Assembly (NCBI GenBank): GCA_964016885.1
Contig: OZ024744.1
Coordinates: forward strand, 70,246,001-70,310,000
Length of the DNA: 64,000 nucleotides
DNA from: Eledone cirrhosa
Taxonomy: Eukaryota
Direction of reading: 5' to 3'
Below are positions 29,718 to 43,832 of this stretch, in pieces (position 1 is the first letter of the stretch; the number at the start of each line of letters is the position of its first letter). The translations under genes and the position numbers were made by a program. The notes below the pieces were generated by a model. It was given only the letters and a program-made list of their open reading frames with translations, did no database searches and was not told the DNA's origin.

Positions 29718-30010
29718 TATATATATATATTAGAAAGTGAGATTTTTTTACAAAATGAAAAAGAAACGAGGTGTCCTACACGAGTGAAAGTATAAGGAAA
29801 AAAGATGAAATCGAAAATGCAACTTAAGTTGTTTTTTTTTAAATATATATTTATAAATATATATTTATAAATATATATTTAAAAAAAAAGATCCCAGTTG
29901 CCTTTTCGATTTCATCTTTTTTTCCCTATATATATATATAGGGGGTAACCACAGCAGAGTATAAATATTTAATATAGAAAAGGCTTCTACAGGACTAGAA
30001 CTGTTTCATT

Positions 30011-30048
<38 letters not shown>

Positions 30049-30077
30049 CTGGCTGCTCATACTGATGTTAAGGTATT

Positions 30078-30671
<594 letters not shown>

Positions 30672-31105
30672 GTGTGTGACTTTTTAGTCCAGCCAGCGAC
30701 TTGAAAACTCTGGTACAAACACTACACTTGTGACAACTATTGACACATAGTGCTGGGCCCATGGTACCATGTGATGACAAGTGCAGAGAGATCTCTAAAT
30801 ATAAAGCAATGCCTGTGCCGTGAAGCTTTTATAGTGAGCAAAGGCACTGCACAAAGCCAGTCCCACTCTCTTAACCAAGATGATATTTACCAAAAAGAAG
30901 AACAAGTCAACATCATTGGATACCATCAGGGTTTCAGGTGTTATATCAGAGTTTTCCTTCTCCTAGAATTCTGCCTTGACAAAGGCTAAGGGGTCATCTC
31001 TCCCGGTGATTTTGGATGGCCATTGACTCTTAAAAGGTCCTTTGCCCTTTGACAGGTTTTGTTTTTAGTCCCGCAGGATGTCCAAAGTCACCCTCCTCAC
31101 CAACT
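30672..31105 (-). mobile_element. RTE-related non-autonomous element
   Basis: Same family as 9371-9780. Confidence 0.7.
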
Positions 31106-31119
31106 GCTTCAGTTTGATT

Positions 31120-31400
31120 GGTGGGCCATGCCGTGTTAGCCCACCTGCACAGTGACACACTTTGGTACAAATACCACATGCAAATTCAAGGTGTTTCTAG
31201 ACTTTCTCATATTGCTATTGTCCTTCTTTAGGGAATATTTCAGGCAGGTGTTTGCCTTGCAACAGCTTCCACTGCAATATTTGTTTGGGGCTCTGCTGTC
31301 ATCCAGGCGTACTCTGTGACCTGGAAATATTTTGAAAATTGCGTTCTGGGACATGCACGCGCTATCGATTTACTAGGCTCAAATCCTCCTGAACGTTGAA
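31120..31400 (-). pseudogene. RTE LINE C-terminal fragment
   Basis: GHRVRLDDSRAPNK and a CGICTKVCHCAGGLTRH zinc-finger-like motif. Confidence 0.55.
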
Positions 31401-31768
31401 CTGCTCTTATCTGTAAAGAGTACCACTGGTATCAACTGAATATTGTTGTTCTCTCTGAAACATAGTGACCTGAGAATAGCCAGCTAGAGGAACCAGACTC
31501 AGGATACACTTTATTCAACGTACACACATACGTGATGGCTGCCCCCTCGTTATCGAGTATGGTCATTGCACTATATAACATTATTAATAATGATCAATTA
31601 ATGCTGTCGTGCAATGTCTGTGCGTGAAGATTTTTTTTTAAAGTGAAGAAAGTGGCCAAAACATTCTTTATAATTAACCGACGAATCAAAATAACACAAA
31701 CTGACCAACATATAAACGTTAGACTTTTTATATGCCATGTGTATTCATTCTGTCATTACTACTACAGA

Positions 31769-31843
31769 GGTCCGAAGAGCTTTTGATACCAGAGTCGGGC
31801 CAGATCGAACCTTGTGCTGATCAATAGCGAAACGCGCGTCACC
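31769..31843 (+). ncRNA. Hammerhead motif with U4C substitution
   Basis: GGT-CCGAAGA-GCT.TTGAT..ATCAA.AGC-GAA-ACGCGCGT-C-ACC, AATAAA 4 nt later. Confidence 0.7.
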
Positions 31844-32385
31844 AATCAATAAAAGCAATGAAGGCTTAACAAATTGTCCTTGTATTATTAAATTACATTC
31901 TGTTTGTTTAGCTCTACACCTCGCCATTGATGTGAACCTAAACCTCGAGTGCTCACCTGGGGGAACCTACAGTAACTTCATGTTACACTCCCTGGATATA
32001 TATAGAAACATTAAGACAAATAACAGACCTATATTGGGCAAAAATGCCTATATTATATATATATATGAAAGAGGTACTACTAGATAGTAGCGTATAGATA
32101 TGATAATGAGTATTCTTTGTCCAGCGGTTAAGCTTCAATTGTTTTTTATTTTTTTATTTTGCTATCGAAACGCTAGAGGTTTAACCGTAGGGCAAAAAAT
32201 CATTATAGTGTGTGTGAATGATTAAGTGTATATTTACATAGTGGAAGCCACTTACTTTTGTAACAGTAAATATTAGATAATATTAACGAGCTGATAACAT
32301 TTTGCAGGTGATACAATAATATCCAGGGCGTGTTTGATAAACGTTTGGTATCCGTGATTTTAATTAAAGGCTTATATATACATGA

Positions 32386-32455
<70 letters not shown>

Positions 32456-32539
32456 GTGTATGTACACATATATATATGTAATGTTATATTATATTATACT
32501 ATATATTATTTATGTCCATACACGGACAAAAAGCGTGAC

Positions 32540-33060
32540 CTAAGGTTTCAAGGTCCAATTAACACCAGGTCCTCTCTGCTGCCGTCTACACCCTACAAAT
32601 TGCTACCGTCTATCTTCCTGTCATTCCAATGGCAGTGAAGATTCTCCATACTAAGTAAGCCGTGAATTCCCTGCCGCCTACCTCAAAATACCCATGCGTG
32701 CCATCCTTTCTCCCCACACACCTGCACAAGTTCTTTATACTTGCCACTCTTTTACTCAGGGGCGTGGCCGCAATTTTCTTCCCATGGAACAGTGAATTCA
32801 ATGAGTACTTTTTTTTCACGCTTTCAAACCACAGAACGTTATCTGGCCTCAGTGTTGTTTGAACAACTTAGAAAACATGCAATCTTTCTCGCAGATCAAA
32901 CCACATATCCCATAATTGGTTGATGGCTTCTCTCTCTCTCTCTAACAAACCAGATTCAAGTCATTGGTTTCCTCTTTGTTTGATATTCCTTGCATATCTC
33001 ATAATCCAGAGTATTAGCAAGTGCCATAAGCATCGTGTGCCCCCCCCCCACCTGTATCTC
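32540..33060 (+). pseudogene. Possible highly degraded LINE APE endonuclease fragment
   Basis: IATVYLP, LLLRG...PW and EQL..H...SNKPD fragments in the expected order. Confidence 0.35.
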
Positions 33061-33419
33061 CATTGAGAAAGTCCTCTCTCTCTATGTGTATATATATATG
33101 TGTGTGTGTGTGTGTGCGTGTGTGTGCGCGTGTGTGCGCGTGTGTGCGCGTGTGCGCGCGCGCGCGAATGTGTGTGTGTGTGTGTGTGCATGTATGTATG
33201 TATGCAAATTTGTATATATATATATATAAGCATGTATGTACTATTTGGAAGGCTGTTGAATTTGCTGAGTTCCTCCGTCCTTTGCCTGGTCTTGTATTTC
33301 TTCCCGCAGGGTGTCCAAATATCACCCTCCGCACCAAACAATCTTGTTGAGGTTGCCGGTTATGTACTGGGTTATATGTTACTAATAGTATGTTACATTT
33401 GCTTGAGCAAATCTGGTCT

Positions 33420-33655
33420 CAGGAGCCACAGTCGCAGCTATGTTCAAAGAGAACCAGTGAACTATGATCTCCACGGTACTGTGAAGGTTCACTGGCAACC
33501 TGATGCAAGGCCTGGGGCCAGGCAGATCCATAGTTGTCGTCAGTGTGCGGAGGGGTGCAAGTCTCTAGCAGGCTCGAAAAGCCATATGCGAGCGTCACAC
33601 ATCTGAATTTGACAAACGATTGCAATACTCTTAGCGTGAGTTTGCAGCCATCATG
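33420..33655 (+). pseudogene. RTE 3' end with zinc finger and (TATG)n tail
   Basis: CRQCAEGCKSLAGSKSHMRASH, then GCAGCCATCA(TGTA)n. Confidence 0.6.
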
Positions 33656-33824
33656 TATGTATGTAGGTATGTATATATGCTTGTATGCTTGTAGGCTTTA
33701 TGTATGTATGTATGTATGTATGTATGTATGTATGTATGTATGTATGTATGTATGTATGTATGTATGTATGTATGTAGGTATGTATGTATGTAGGTATGTA
33801 TCTAGGTATGTATGTATGTATGTA

Positions 33825-34170
33825 ACCTGCAACCCTGATGGTATTCAATGATGTTGACTTGTTCTTCTTTTTGGTAAATATCATCTTGGTTAAGAGAGTG
33901 GAACTGGCTTTGTGCAGTGCCTTTGCTCACTATAAAAGCTTCATGGCACAGGCATTGCTTTATATCTGGAGATCTCTCTGCATTTGTCGTCACATGGTAC
34001 CATGGGCCCAGCACTATGTGTCAATAATTGTCACAAGTGTAGTGTTTGTACCAGAGTTTTCAAGTCGCTGGCTGGACTTAAAAGTCACACTTGTTCAACG
34101 CATCGGTAGGGGTTCTCCTACATGGATATAAAGTAGTGGCCGTACTCGAAAACGAGTTGGCAGCCACCAT
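33825..34170 (+). mobile_element. RTE-related non-autonomous element
   Basis: Reverse complement of the 9371 family; ends GGCAGCCACCA(TGTA)n. Confidence 0.7.
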
Positions 34171-34633
34171 GTATGTATGTATGTATGTATGTATGTATGT
34201 ATGTATGTATGCATATAAATGTGTATGTATGTATGTATGTATGTACATATACATATATGTATTGAATTCCGTAGTTGGAACGCAACGACCATATATATGA
34301 GTACTCAATACATATTAATGTTGGTTAATCTTTAGATGACATATTTTATGTTTAATAAGGTTTTTACGTGAAATACCCTGCAAAACTATAAATGTAGATA
34401 TACTTATATAAATGTATTTTATGTCTTCGTATTTATACATATTTCTATATACATTTATACATCTAGATGTATCTATATACGTATGCATTCATTGTATTGT
34501 CACTAGCCGGTAGTCATGTTGTGGCAACGAATTGAAATCGATCATCTCACCTACACTAATTCTTTTTCGCCCGTAAAATCTGTCCAGTGATTCTTTCCTA
34601 ACCCCATGCCCATAGTGTCGGAGCTATGATCTT

Positions 34634-34957
34634 TCAATTCAGAGAAGTAGCGACTCTACCTAGAGCGACTCTTGTCTCCGAGTTACGCACTTTATAGAGT
34701 AATGTTACTTCAAATATACTTAGGTGGAACCCTATTTCAACCGCTTGTATTCGCGATCGTATTCTTTCGGTCATTACCCAAGATTTATGACCATAGGTAA
34801 GGGTTGGCACGAATACCGAATTGCAGATAGCGAATTTGGCTTTTACGCCTATTTCCCTTCTTCTGATGAAAGATTGCTGAAGCTGGCGCATTACTGCACC
34901 AGCTCCTGCAATTCTTGCACTTAATTCAGCCTCCTGACTTCCATCACCCGTGAACAC
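34634..34957 (-). pseudogene. RTE-clade RT C-terminal fragment
   Basis: ELSARIAGAGAVMRQL..AKFAICNSVFVPTLTYGHKSWVMTERIRSRIQAVEI..KVRNSE. Confidence 0.85.
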
Positions 34958-34959
34958 GG

Positions 34960-35165
34960 CGCTTTACAACCTCCATGCTTCCTGAAATTCGCCAACACTA
35001 TACCTGATATCCGTCCTCCATACACACGCACACATGTCTATCATGACACATAGACTGTTCATTTTCCTGACATTTGAACATTATTCTATGTACTATACAT
35101 GCACCGTTGTAGTGCACCTGAGCACTGTACAGAATAATTTCATTATTATTATTATTATTATTATT
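34960..35165 (+). mobile_element. CR1-type LINE 3' end with (ATT)n tail
   Basis: Homologous to 47430-47600 and 54000-54285. Confidence 0.75.
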
Positions 35166-35356
35166 GGTCTGTTCGGACGGCTTTTTGTTCGCTCCCAGTA
35201 AGTCTCTTTATTTGCCTGTTATAATTATTTGTTGTTAAAATGTTCTTGTTGTGTAAGGGATAGAAACCCTTGGACTTTGCCCTGTAAAGGGGAAAGTACA
35301 ATATTTGGGCCTTTTGGCCCAAATATTTGAACATTTTACTTTAAAAAAAAAAAACA

Positions 35357-35893
35357 TGGCTGAACCTCGCTTCTTCAAAGACCAGCAGCTGCGCGCGGTG
35401 ACTTACCGCACTGTAAGCAAAATGTCACATCGGGTGGAGAGAGCCACGGAGTCTCAAATCCAAAAGGCCTTGGGGTGCGTCTGGGCGCGCAAAACCCACA
35501 TCATCCAGGCAAAAAGTACGCCACAGTACGCCCTACTGCGGCCAGAAAATTGTGAGGGTCAAAGTGACCCAGGTCCCGCCTCACGTGCCCATACCTTGGC
35601 TGGCCGCGTCTGTACTTGCTGGAACCGAGGAGAAGACCACCATACTGCAAATACAGAGAATGGGAAGAGAAAACTGGTCAAGAATAGGTATGCAAATGTT
35701 AATACAGACTGACCAGGTGTGCATCGAAGCCATCCCAAATATCAGAGACCCCGAGGAAGGACTCCAACTCTCTAGAAGCGTGGAAGGAAGGCGCCTAAAG
35801 TGCTATCTTTGTGGACAGAAGGGTCACCTCAGGGCCTTCTGCCCGCAGAAGACAGCTAAGAAGAGGGCCCCCCCCCCGCCTTCCGACGCCTGA
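35357..35893 (+). pseudogene. LINE ORF1 (gag-like zinc knuckle), frameshifted
   Basis: CYLCGQKGHLRAFC = CX2CX4HX4C. Confidence 0.8.
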
Positions 35894-36716
35894 TCCGCTG
35901 CTACCAAGAGCAGGGCAGGCAACAGAGGCAGAAGACCCCTCCATGGTGAGTAGGAGGGCAACGTTTGTGGCACCCATACCAAGGCCACGGACAACTAAAG
36001 CAGCGGCAGCAGTGGCGGCAACATCAATCGTCGCAGTAGCCACACCGGCAGCAAAATCGCCGGAGCGGGCTCCACTACCACCACCAACAGCAGTGGAGCT
36101 CATACCCCTCCCAGACGCCACGGAATCCAACATGGAGTATGAGGCGGGAGTGAAGTGGCAAGAGGTCTGCCACAAAAAACAAAAAACAAAAAAAACCTTA
36201 ACTTCACCCTCCAAGAGCGAAGGCAAACAAAGAGCAGTAAAGGCTGCAAGAAGACTTGCAGCATCACCACCACCATCACCACCACTATCATCACTACCAA
36301 TAACAACCAAACACAACAAAACACACACACACACCCAACAGCAACAAAACCACCCTCCCCCCAAAAAGTACATAGCCATAAACATGGCAAATAAAGAACT
36401 CTTACAACATATAAAGCAGCACACAGACGTCACAGACAAATTTACTACACCACCAACACCAAGAACTCTCCCGAAAAATATAAAGATTATTGAAATCAAA
36501 ATAGAACATTATAAACCTTTAAAAGAAAAAATTCCCCAACGCAGTTGGAGACTTCAGAGACTTCAGTCGGAGACTTCAGAGGGTCGGTTACCAAGAGGAT
36601 ATACATCGACATCATCTTGAAACCACCCATGACCAGCCAAAGGGACGGTTCGAATGTCCCTTTCCACACGATCAGGGTAGGTGATCCTTTCTCACTTACT
36701 CCATTCCTCACCCAAC

Positions 36717-38572
36717 ATGTCATTACTTAGAATAGGCAGTATAAATGTACGTGGCCTGGGGTCATCTTGGAAGCAGGGCCACCTGCTTAACAATCTCAGG
36801 TCACTAAACATAGATGTGGTGGTCATCAGCGAGACCAGAATCTCTGAAGCACGAGCCTTCGCACCGATCTTCGGCGGCTACGATGTATATGCATCTCCCA
36901 GCCGTCCAGGATCGAGGGGAGGGGTTGCCGTGCTTTTTCGGAGAGGCTTGGATATCGCCATACAGGCCATCTTCCTAGACCCAGAAGGTAAGTCGTTGGT
37001 GCTGGACGTGACCGGCAGCGAAGGCAATGCTTTCAAGCTAGTAGCCGTCAACGCCCCAATAGGGGCAGGACGGCCAGATTTCTTCAGACGTCTAGAGACC
37101 TTTCTTGGAACGTCCCACTCTTTAGTGTTAGTGGGCGACTGGAACGATATCTTAGATGCATGCTGGGATTATGTGGGGCTAGTAGACAGGGCAGGAGGGT
37201 GTAAAAGCCTCAGCAACCTGCTCAGATCTTTTGAACTGTCTGACAGGTATAGACTGGAATGTGCCAATGTGGACATGGGCAAACCGCATCGGGTCATCCA
37301 GATCGTATTTAGATAGAGTATTCTGTAGGGAAACAGATAAGGCTAGTGTAGGTTGTCCACAATTTAAAGTAGTCGACTACACGGACCACAAATTTGTGAT
37401 CTGTGAAGTTGACTTAGATAGACTCCATAGGCAAGGACCCGACTACTGGAAGCTGAACGCGTCGTTCCCAGAGCGCAAAGCTTACAGAGACCGGATTAGC
37501 GAATTAGTTAAGCGTGCGTTGACGGGTGCGATCGTCAACAGGAGGTGGTTTACCCTGAAAAGGGCTATTAGAGTAGAATCGATAAGGTTTAGCAAAGGAC
37601 TAGTGATAGAAGAAAATAGAGTAGAGGGAGAGTTAGTTAGAAAGCTAGAAGAGGCGTTTAGGACAGGCATCGCAACCGACGTGCTTGCGGCGAGATTGGC
37701 ACTCGACCAATTCTTCAACTCAAAGCATGAAGGCTGCGTTGTCAGAGCTAGAGCGCGTGCTCTAAGACACGAAGGGACGAAAGCCGTTCAATGGGCCCGG
37801 TTGGTGGAGGCGCGACGTGGCACAATTCGGTCTTTGTCTGATCAAAACGGGCGCATGATGTTCGAACCCGAGCAGATGTGTGCGGTTTTTCAACAGCACT
37901 TTGCTCAATTGTTCGGGAGAGGCGGCGAGCCGAATCGGAGTATGGACTCCGGTGCATACCTCGACGGACTGCCACGGCTCTAGACCACCGCAGCACAATG
38001 CTGCGAAAATCCGATAACAGCAGGTGAAATACGGGGCGCGATGTCTGACTGCACGAGAGGTAAATCGCCAGGTTTGGATGGTCTGCCCTACGAGCTTTAT
38101 GCGTATATGCCATACTTGTTCGGCGACCTCTTGGCAGATGTCTACTGCAACTGGCAGCAGAACGGTAGCATTCCCAGTTTTGTGAGCAGGGGAGCGGTGG
38201 CGCTGCTAAGAAAAGACCCGAACAAGGGGGGCGTTATAGACAACTTCAGGCCCATAACTCTGCTAAACGCAGAGTTTAAGATTTGGCCAAGGTGTTAGCA
38301 AAGAGATTGGCGCTTGTCGTCGGTGATCTGGTGGGAGAGGCGCAGGCATGCGCATCCCGGACAGATCCATCCATGACAACCTCCATCTCATGCGATACAT
38401 CATAGAGGGGGTGGTTAAGGAACCTGGCACGGGTGGGGCCCTGATCAACTTGGATCAATCTAAAGGATTTGATAGGGTCGACCATCGGTACCTGGATGCG
38501 GTCCTCGAGACGGCTGGCTTCGGGCCCATTTTTAGGGGCTGGATCGCTGCGATGCACAGCGACATCTGCTCA
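36717..38572 (+). pseudogene. LINE ORF2 endonuclease-reverse transcriptase, disrupted
   Basis: SINVRGL, ISETR, LVGDWN, SYLDRVF, YTDHK, YWKLNAS, KSPGLDGLPYE, NFRPITLLNAEFKI, RSIHDN, NLDQSKGFDRVDH. Confidence 0.92.
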
Positions 38573-38761
38573 ATTGGGAAATTTTCATTGTTTCAATTTT
38601 CATTTTTATTGTTTGATATATATATGTTTCTGTGTCTTTTTTTTCTTTTTCGTTTCTTATATAAATAATAAACATCTTTACAGGCACAAAACCCACATCG
38701 TACCGTCCTGTGCCGTCTGTAATGTTTTTCTTGGTGTCAGCCCTTGTGGCCGATAAATAAA

Positions 38762-38937
38762 TGGTGGATTGGCAGTATCGGTAGAGGGTCGGATGCCATG
38801 CTTTGACGCATAGAATTACGGCTCTTGCCATTCTGAGTTCAAATCCCGCCGAGGTTAACTTTGCCATTCGGGGTCGATAAAATAAAGTACCAGTAATGTA
38901 CTGGGTAATTGCTGGCCTTGTGCCAAAAATAGAAACA

Positions 38938-38990
<53 letters not shown>
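38762..38990 (+). mobile_element. tRNA-derived SINE with long (ATT)n tail
   Basis: Major family. Confidence 0.9.
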
Positions 38991-38995
<5 letters not shown>

Positions 38996-39103
38996 AACAT
39001 GATATTTATAAATATATACATATATATATCGTTCGGATCTAGCTGTCGAAACTGCCGGAGCTCAGCCGTCGGCGTCCTGACTCTTTTCCTATAGAAGTAA
39101 ACA

Positions 39104-39186
<83 letters not shown>

Positions 39187-39187
39187 G

Positions 39188-39220
<33 letters not shown>

Positions 39221-39613
39221 ATATATATATATAAAGAGAGAGAGAGAGAGAGATGATTTTTTGTGAATGAAACACGGAGAAATGCTATACTGGACAAAAA
39301 AAAAAACGCAAGGACGTCATCTGCACTGAAATTAAATAGTAAAGTGGAATTAAATAGTACAGTTAATTTATACGTGATAGAGTCAGCCAAAAAATCATAA
39401 TTACTGAATTCTTTAATTCCAAATAATCCTTTAATGGCATACACACACGCACACATATTCACACAATACATACATTCATGCATACATACAAAGATACATA
39501 CATACATACATACATACATACATACATACATACATACATACATACACACACAGATACACACAGACATTCATACATACATACTTACATACATATATATATA
39601 CACGCAGACAAAT

Positions 39614-39707
<94 letters not shown>

Positions 39708-39843
39708 AGATGTACAGGTATGTATTTATGTATATATTTATTATGTATGGTATGTATGTATGCATGTATGTATGTATCTGCGTACGTAAGTATGTATGTG
39801 TGTGCGTATGTATATATGTATGTTTGTATGTATCTATGTCTGC

Positions 39844-39874
<31 letters not shown>

Positions 39875-39939
39875 TGTATGTATGTATGTATGTATGTATG
39901 TTTGTATGTATGTATGTATGTATCTATGTATGTTTGTAT

Positions 39940-40370
39940 GTATGTATATATATAAGTATGTATATACGTATGAATGAATATATGTAAGAGTGTTTGTATG
40001 TAAGTATGTAAGATATGTATGTAAGTATATACGTATGTATGTATGTATGTTTGTATGTATCTATGAATGTATGTATGTTTGTATGTATGTATGTATGTAT
40101 GTATATATAAGTATGTATATATGTATGTTTGAATATATGTAAGAGTGTTTGTATGTAAGTATGTAAGATATGTATGTAAGTATATACGTATGTATGTATG
40201 AATGTTTGTATGTATCTATGAATGTATGTATGTTTGTATGTATGTATGTATGTATATATATATAAGTATGTATATATGTATGTTTGAATATATGTAAGAG
40301 TGTTTGTATGTAAGTATGTAAGATATGTATGTAAGATATGTATGTAAGTATATACGTATATATGTATGTA
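39940..40370. repeat. About 120-bp higher-order repeat built from (TATG)n
   Basis: GAATATATGTAAGAGTGTTTGTATGTAAGTATGTAAGATATG occurs three times. Confidence 0.75.
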
Positions 40371-40378
40371 TGTATATA

Positions 40379-40409
<31 letters not shown>

Positions 40410-40713
40410 GTGTGTGTGTGTGTATGTTTATATATATATATATATATATGTATGCATGCATGTATGTATATGTATTTATATAAACAAATTTATTTAATGT
40501 AGGTGTTTATTATGGTGTGTATATAATGTTCAGTTGTCTCCTATCTAATAAACACCCGTATTCGGTTACATTTTTTTTTCAATTAGACGCAAATGTATAC
40601 ATTTACATGTGTGTATAATGAAGCGTGAAATTGCTATCTCCGTCACTGTATATATGTATGTGTATATGTGTATATAATGTGTGTGTATGTATGTATGTAT
40701 GTATGTATGTATG

Positions 40714-40788
<75 letters not shown>

Positions 40789-40798
40789 ATATACATAC

Positions 40799-40864
<66 letters not shown>

Positions 40865-41129
40865 ATATATATATATATGTGTGTGTGTGTTTGTATACAC
40901 ATATATGTATGTATATATATATGTATTTATATATATATAATTTATTTATTTATGTATGTATATGTATATTAATATATGTATATATTATCTATATATATAT
41001 ATATGAGTGCGTGAGCGTGTGTGTGTTTAAAGAGAGAGAGAGAGGGGGAGAGAGAGAGTGAGAGAGAGTGAGTGAGAGTGAGAGTGAGTGAGAGGTGGAT
41101 TGATGGATGAATAGATAATAGATAGATTG

Positions 41130-41160
<31 letters not shown>

Positions 41161-41491
41161 GTATATTATATATATGTGTGTGTGTGTATCTGTATGTGTG
41201 TGAGTGTGTGTGTGTATGTATGTAATTATAAACGTAAAAATAAATGAATTTATGAGCATAAAAGCAACAAATGTTGAATGTAGGACTCAATACGAGTGTG
41301 CAATCCTACCAATATCTTTTATAATATCAACCTATGTATCTCAATATATATATATACACACACACTCTAACATCCATCTGTTACATACTAACAGATGTAT
41401 ATGCTTGCAAGGTTTCACAGCTCTAGCATCACTCCTTCATAGTCAACCAATGAACATTTTTGACCGACCCTCGAATAAATTTGTTTGTATG

Positions 41492-41572
<81 letters not shown>

Positions 41573-41698
41573 ACACACACACACAAACATACACACACAC
41601 ACACAGAAACACACACAAGTTTTGGAAGGTAATATATATATAGGAACAAGTAAGACCCCGACGGCTGAGCTCAAGCCGTTTCGACGGCTAATTCTGGA

Positions 41699-41736
<38 letters not shown>

Positions 41737-41738
<2 letters not shown>

Positions 41739-41931
41739 TTTTAATATAGATGAGATTCTACAGGACTAGAACTGTTTCATTCATTTGAAATCATCAGGAA
41801 TCTCCTGATGATTTCAAATGAATGAAACAGTTCTAGTCCTGTAGAATCTCATCTATATTAAAACTGTTATACTCTGCTATGTATTGAGTACCTTACTTAC
41901 TGTGGTTACCTCCGATTCAACCCGGAATAAC

Positions 41932-41932
<1 letters not shown>
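41737..41932 (+). mobile_element. Family B fold-back element with divergent hammerhead-like cores
   Basis: Perfect inverted repeat 41737-41865; CTGATGA..GAAAC..GTC on both strands. Confidence 0.75.
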
Positions 41933-41996
<64 letters not shown>

Positions 41997-42103
41997 AAAG
42001 GTAAAAATCCGACCGCAACGCCTAGCGGTTTCGGTTTTCATACGGCAATCTTTTCCGAGCGAGGTTATCCTCTACTGATGTGCGGTGCACCGCACTGCCG
42101 ACT

Positions 42104-42150
<47 letters not shown>

Positions 42151-42197
42151 AAATGGAAAACGAAGAATCAGTTTTTACGTCGGAACACAATTTATTG

Positions 42198-42410
42198 CGT
42201 ATTACAAATGTTTCGCCGACGAACAACTCGAGGTGCGATCTGTTGGTGGATCGACCTGACTCTGGATTCGCAAGTTCCTCAGATACGTCTCTAGAAAGAG
42301 AACCTGCTTTGTAACCAACAGACGTATCTGAGGAAGTTGCGAATCCAGAGTCAGGTCGATCCACCAACAGACCGCACCTCGAGCTCTTCGCCGGGGAAAC
42401 ATTTGTAATA
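42198..42410. ncRNA. Divergent pair of hammerheads with expanded stem II
   Basis: Minus 42198-42287 CGTAT-CTGAGGA-(about 61 nt)-GAA-ACATTTGT-A-ATACG then AATAAA; plus copy 42323-42410; diverged relative at 46365-46480. Confidence 0.7.
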
Positions 42411-42480
42411 ATGAGTGAACCTCATTTGCTCATTCCATGAGAGTATCTTGTTTAGCCTATGAAGTTCAGCCGACACACGT

Positions 42481-42524
<44 letters not shown>

Positions 42525-42595
42525 TATGTAAAAAGAAAACGGAAACAAAGCAAACAACACAGTACATTGAAGAAATATATTAGTTTCATGCTTAA

Positions 42596-42703
<108 letters not shown>

Positions 42704-42731
42704 TAAAATAACAGATTAAAGTTTAAGCAAA

Positions 42732-42764
42732 GAATCGCTGCTTTCACCCTTAACGGGATCTTCA
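42732..42764 (-). ncRNA. Partial hammerhead of family C/D
   Basis: TGAAGA-T-CCC(GTTAA)GGG-T-GAAAGCAGC; 5' side truncated, no clear UH triplet; also at 51172-51206. Confidence 0.4.
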
Positions 42765-42938
42765 TGAAACTAATATATTTCTTCAATGTACTGTGTTGTT
42801 TGCTTTGTTTCCGTTTTCGCTATTTCTCTTACTGGTAATAAGGTAGAAAATTACTGATCTTTCCTGTTAATAGTTGTTTATAGCATATACATAACTATAA
42901 ATAGTATTATTATTATATATGGATGTATATATATATAT

Positions 42939-43092
42939 ATAGAAGTGGTTACACAACAGTTAGTTCACCATACCGAGAACAATTGTTTCACCTTCGCGGA
43001 TCTTCAGCTCGATACATCCCTAGCTGAAGATCCGCGAAGGCGAAACAATTGTTCTCGGTATGGTGAACTAACTGTTGTGTAACCACTTCTAT
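42939..43092. ncRNA. Fold-back element with two divergent minimal hammerheads
   Basis: Minus 42974-43011 CGAG-CTGAAGA-TCCGCGAAGGT-GAA-ACAATTGT-T-CTCG; plus copy 43022-43057. Confidence 0.85.
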
Positions 43093-43152
43093 CTAACTCG
43101 TCCCTTGGACTGAGTGCTCTACCACTACAGATATTACCTTCCAGTGTTCCAC

Positions 43153-43246
<94 letters not shown>

Positions 43247-43247
43247 T

Positions 43248-43328
<81 letters not shown>

Positions 43329-43388
43329 TTAAGCATGAAACTAATATATTTCTTCAATGTACTGTGTTGTTTGCTTAGTTTCCGTTTT

Positions 43389-43427
<39 letters not shown>

Positions 43428-43431
<4 letters not shown>

Positions 43432-43679
43432 CGAAGGAAGTGTGGTAAGGAACCAGATGGACCATAACGCACCAGAGTACTCAATACTTAGGGTAGTAGA
43501 GTGGGTAATAGGAAAATGTTTAACCCCGACGGCAGAGCTCAAGCCGTTTCGACGGCTATTTCCGGACTCAGTCCAGAAATAGCCGTCGAAACGGCTAGAG
43601 CTCTGTCGTCGAGGTTAAACATTTTCCTATTACCCACTCTACTATCCTAAGTATTGAGTACTCTGGTGCGTTATGGTCC

Positions 43680-43681
<2 letters not shown>
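43428..43681. mobile_element. Family A palindromic element, about 250 bp
   Basis: Arms meet at GGACTCAGTCC near 43569. Confidence 0.85.
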
Positions 43682-43752
<71 letters not shown>

Positions 43753-43757
43753 CAGAG

Positions 43758-43832
<75 letters not shown>

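Larger units (their letters stand above)
35166..38572 (+). mobile_element. Tx1/L1-clade LINE, apparently 5'-intact, 3'-truncated, frameshifted
   Basis: ORF1 with CCHC knuckle, then APE and partial RT. Confidence 0.9.

Noticed and set aside
35795-36499. 234-aa minus-strand ORF
   Set aside because: Antisense shadow of the low-complexity LINE ORF1 region.
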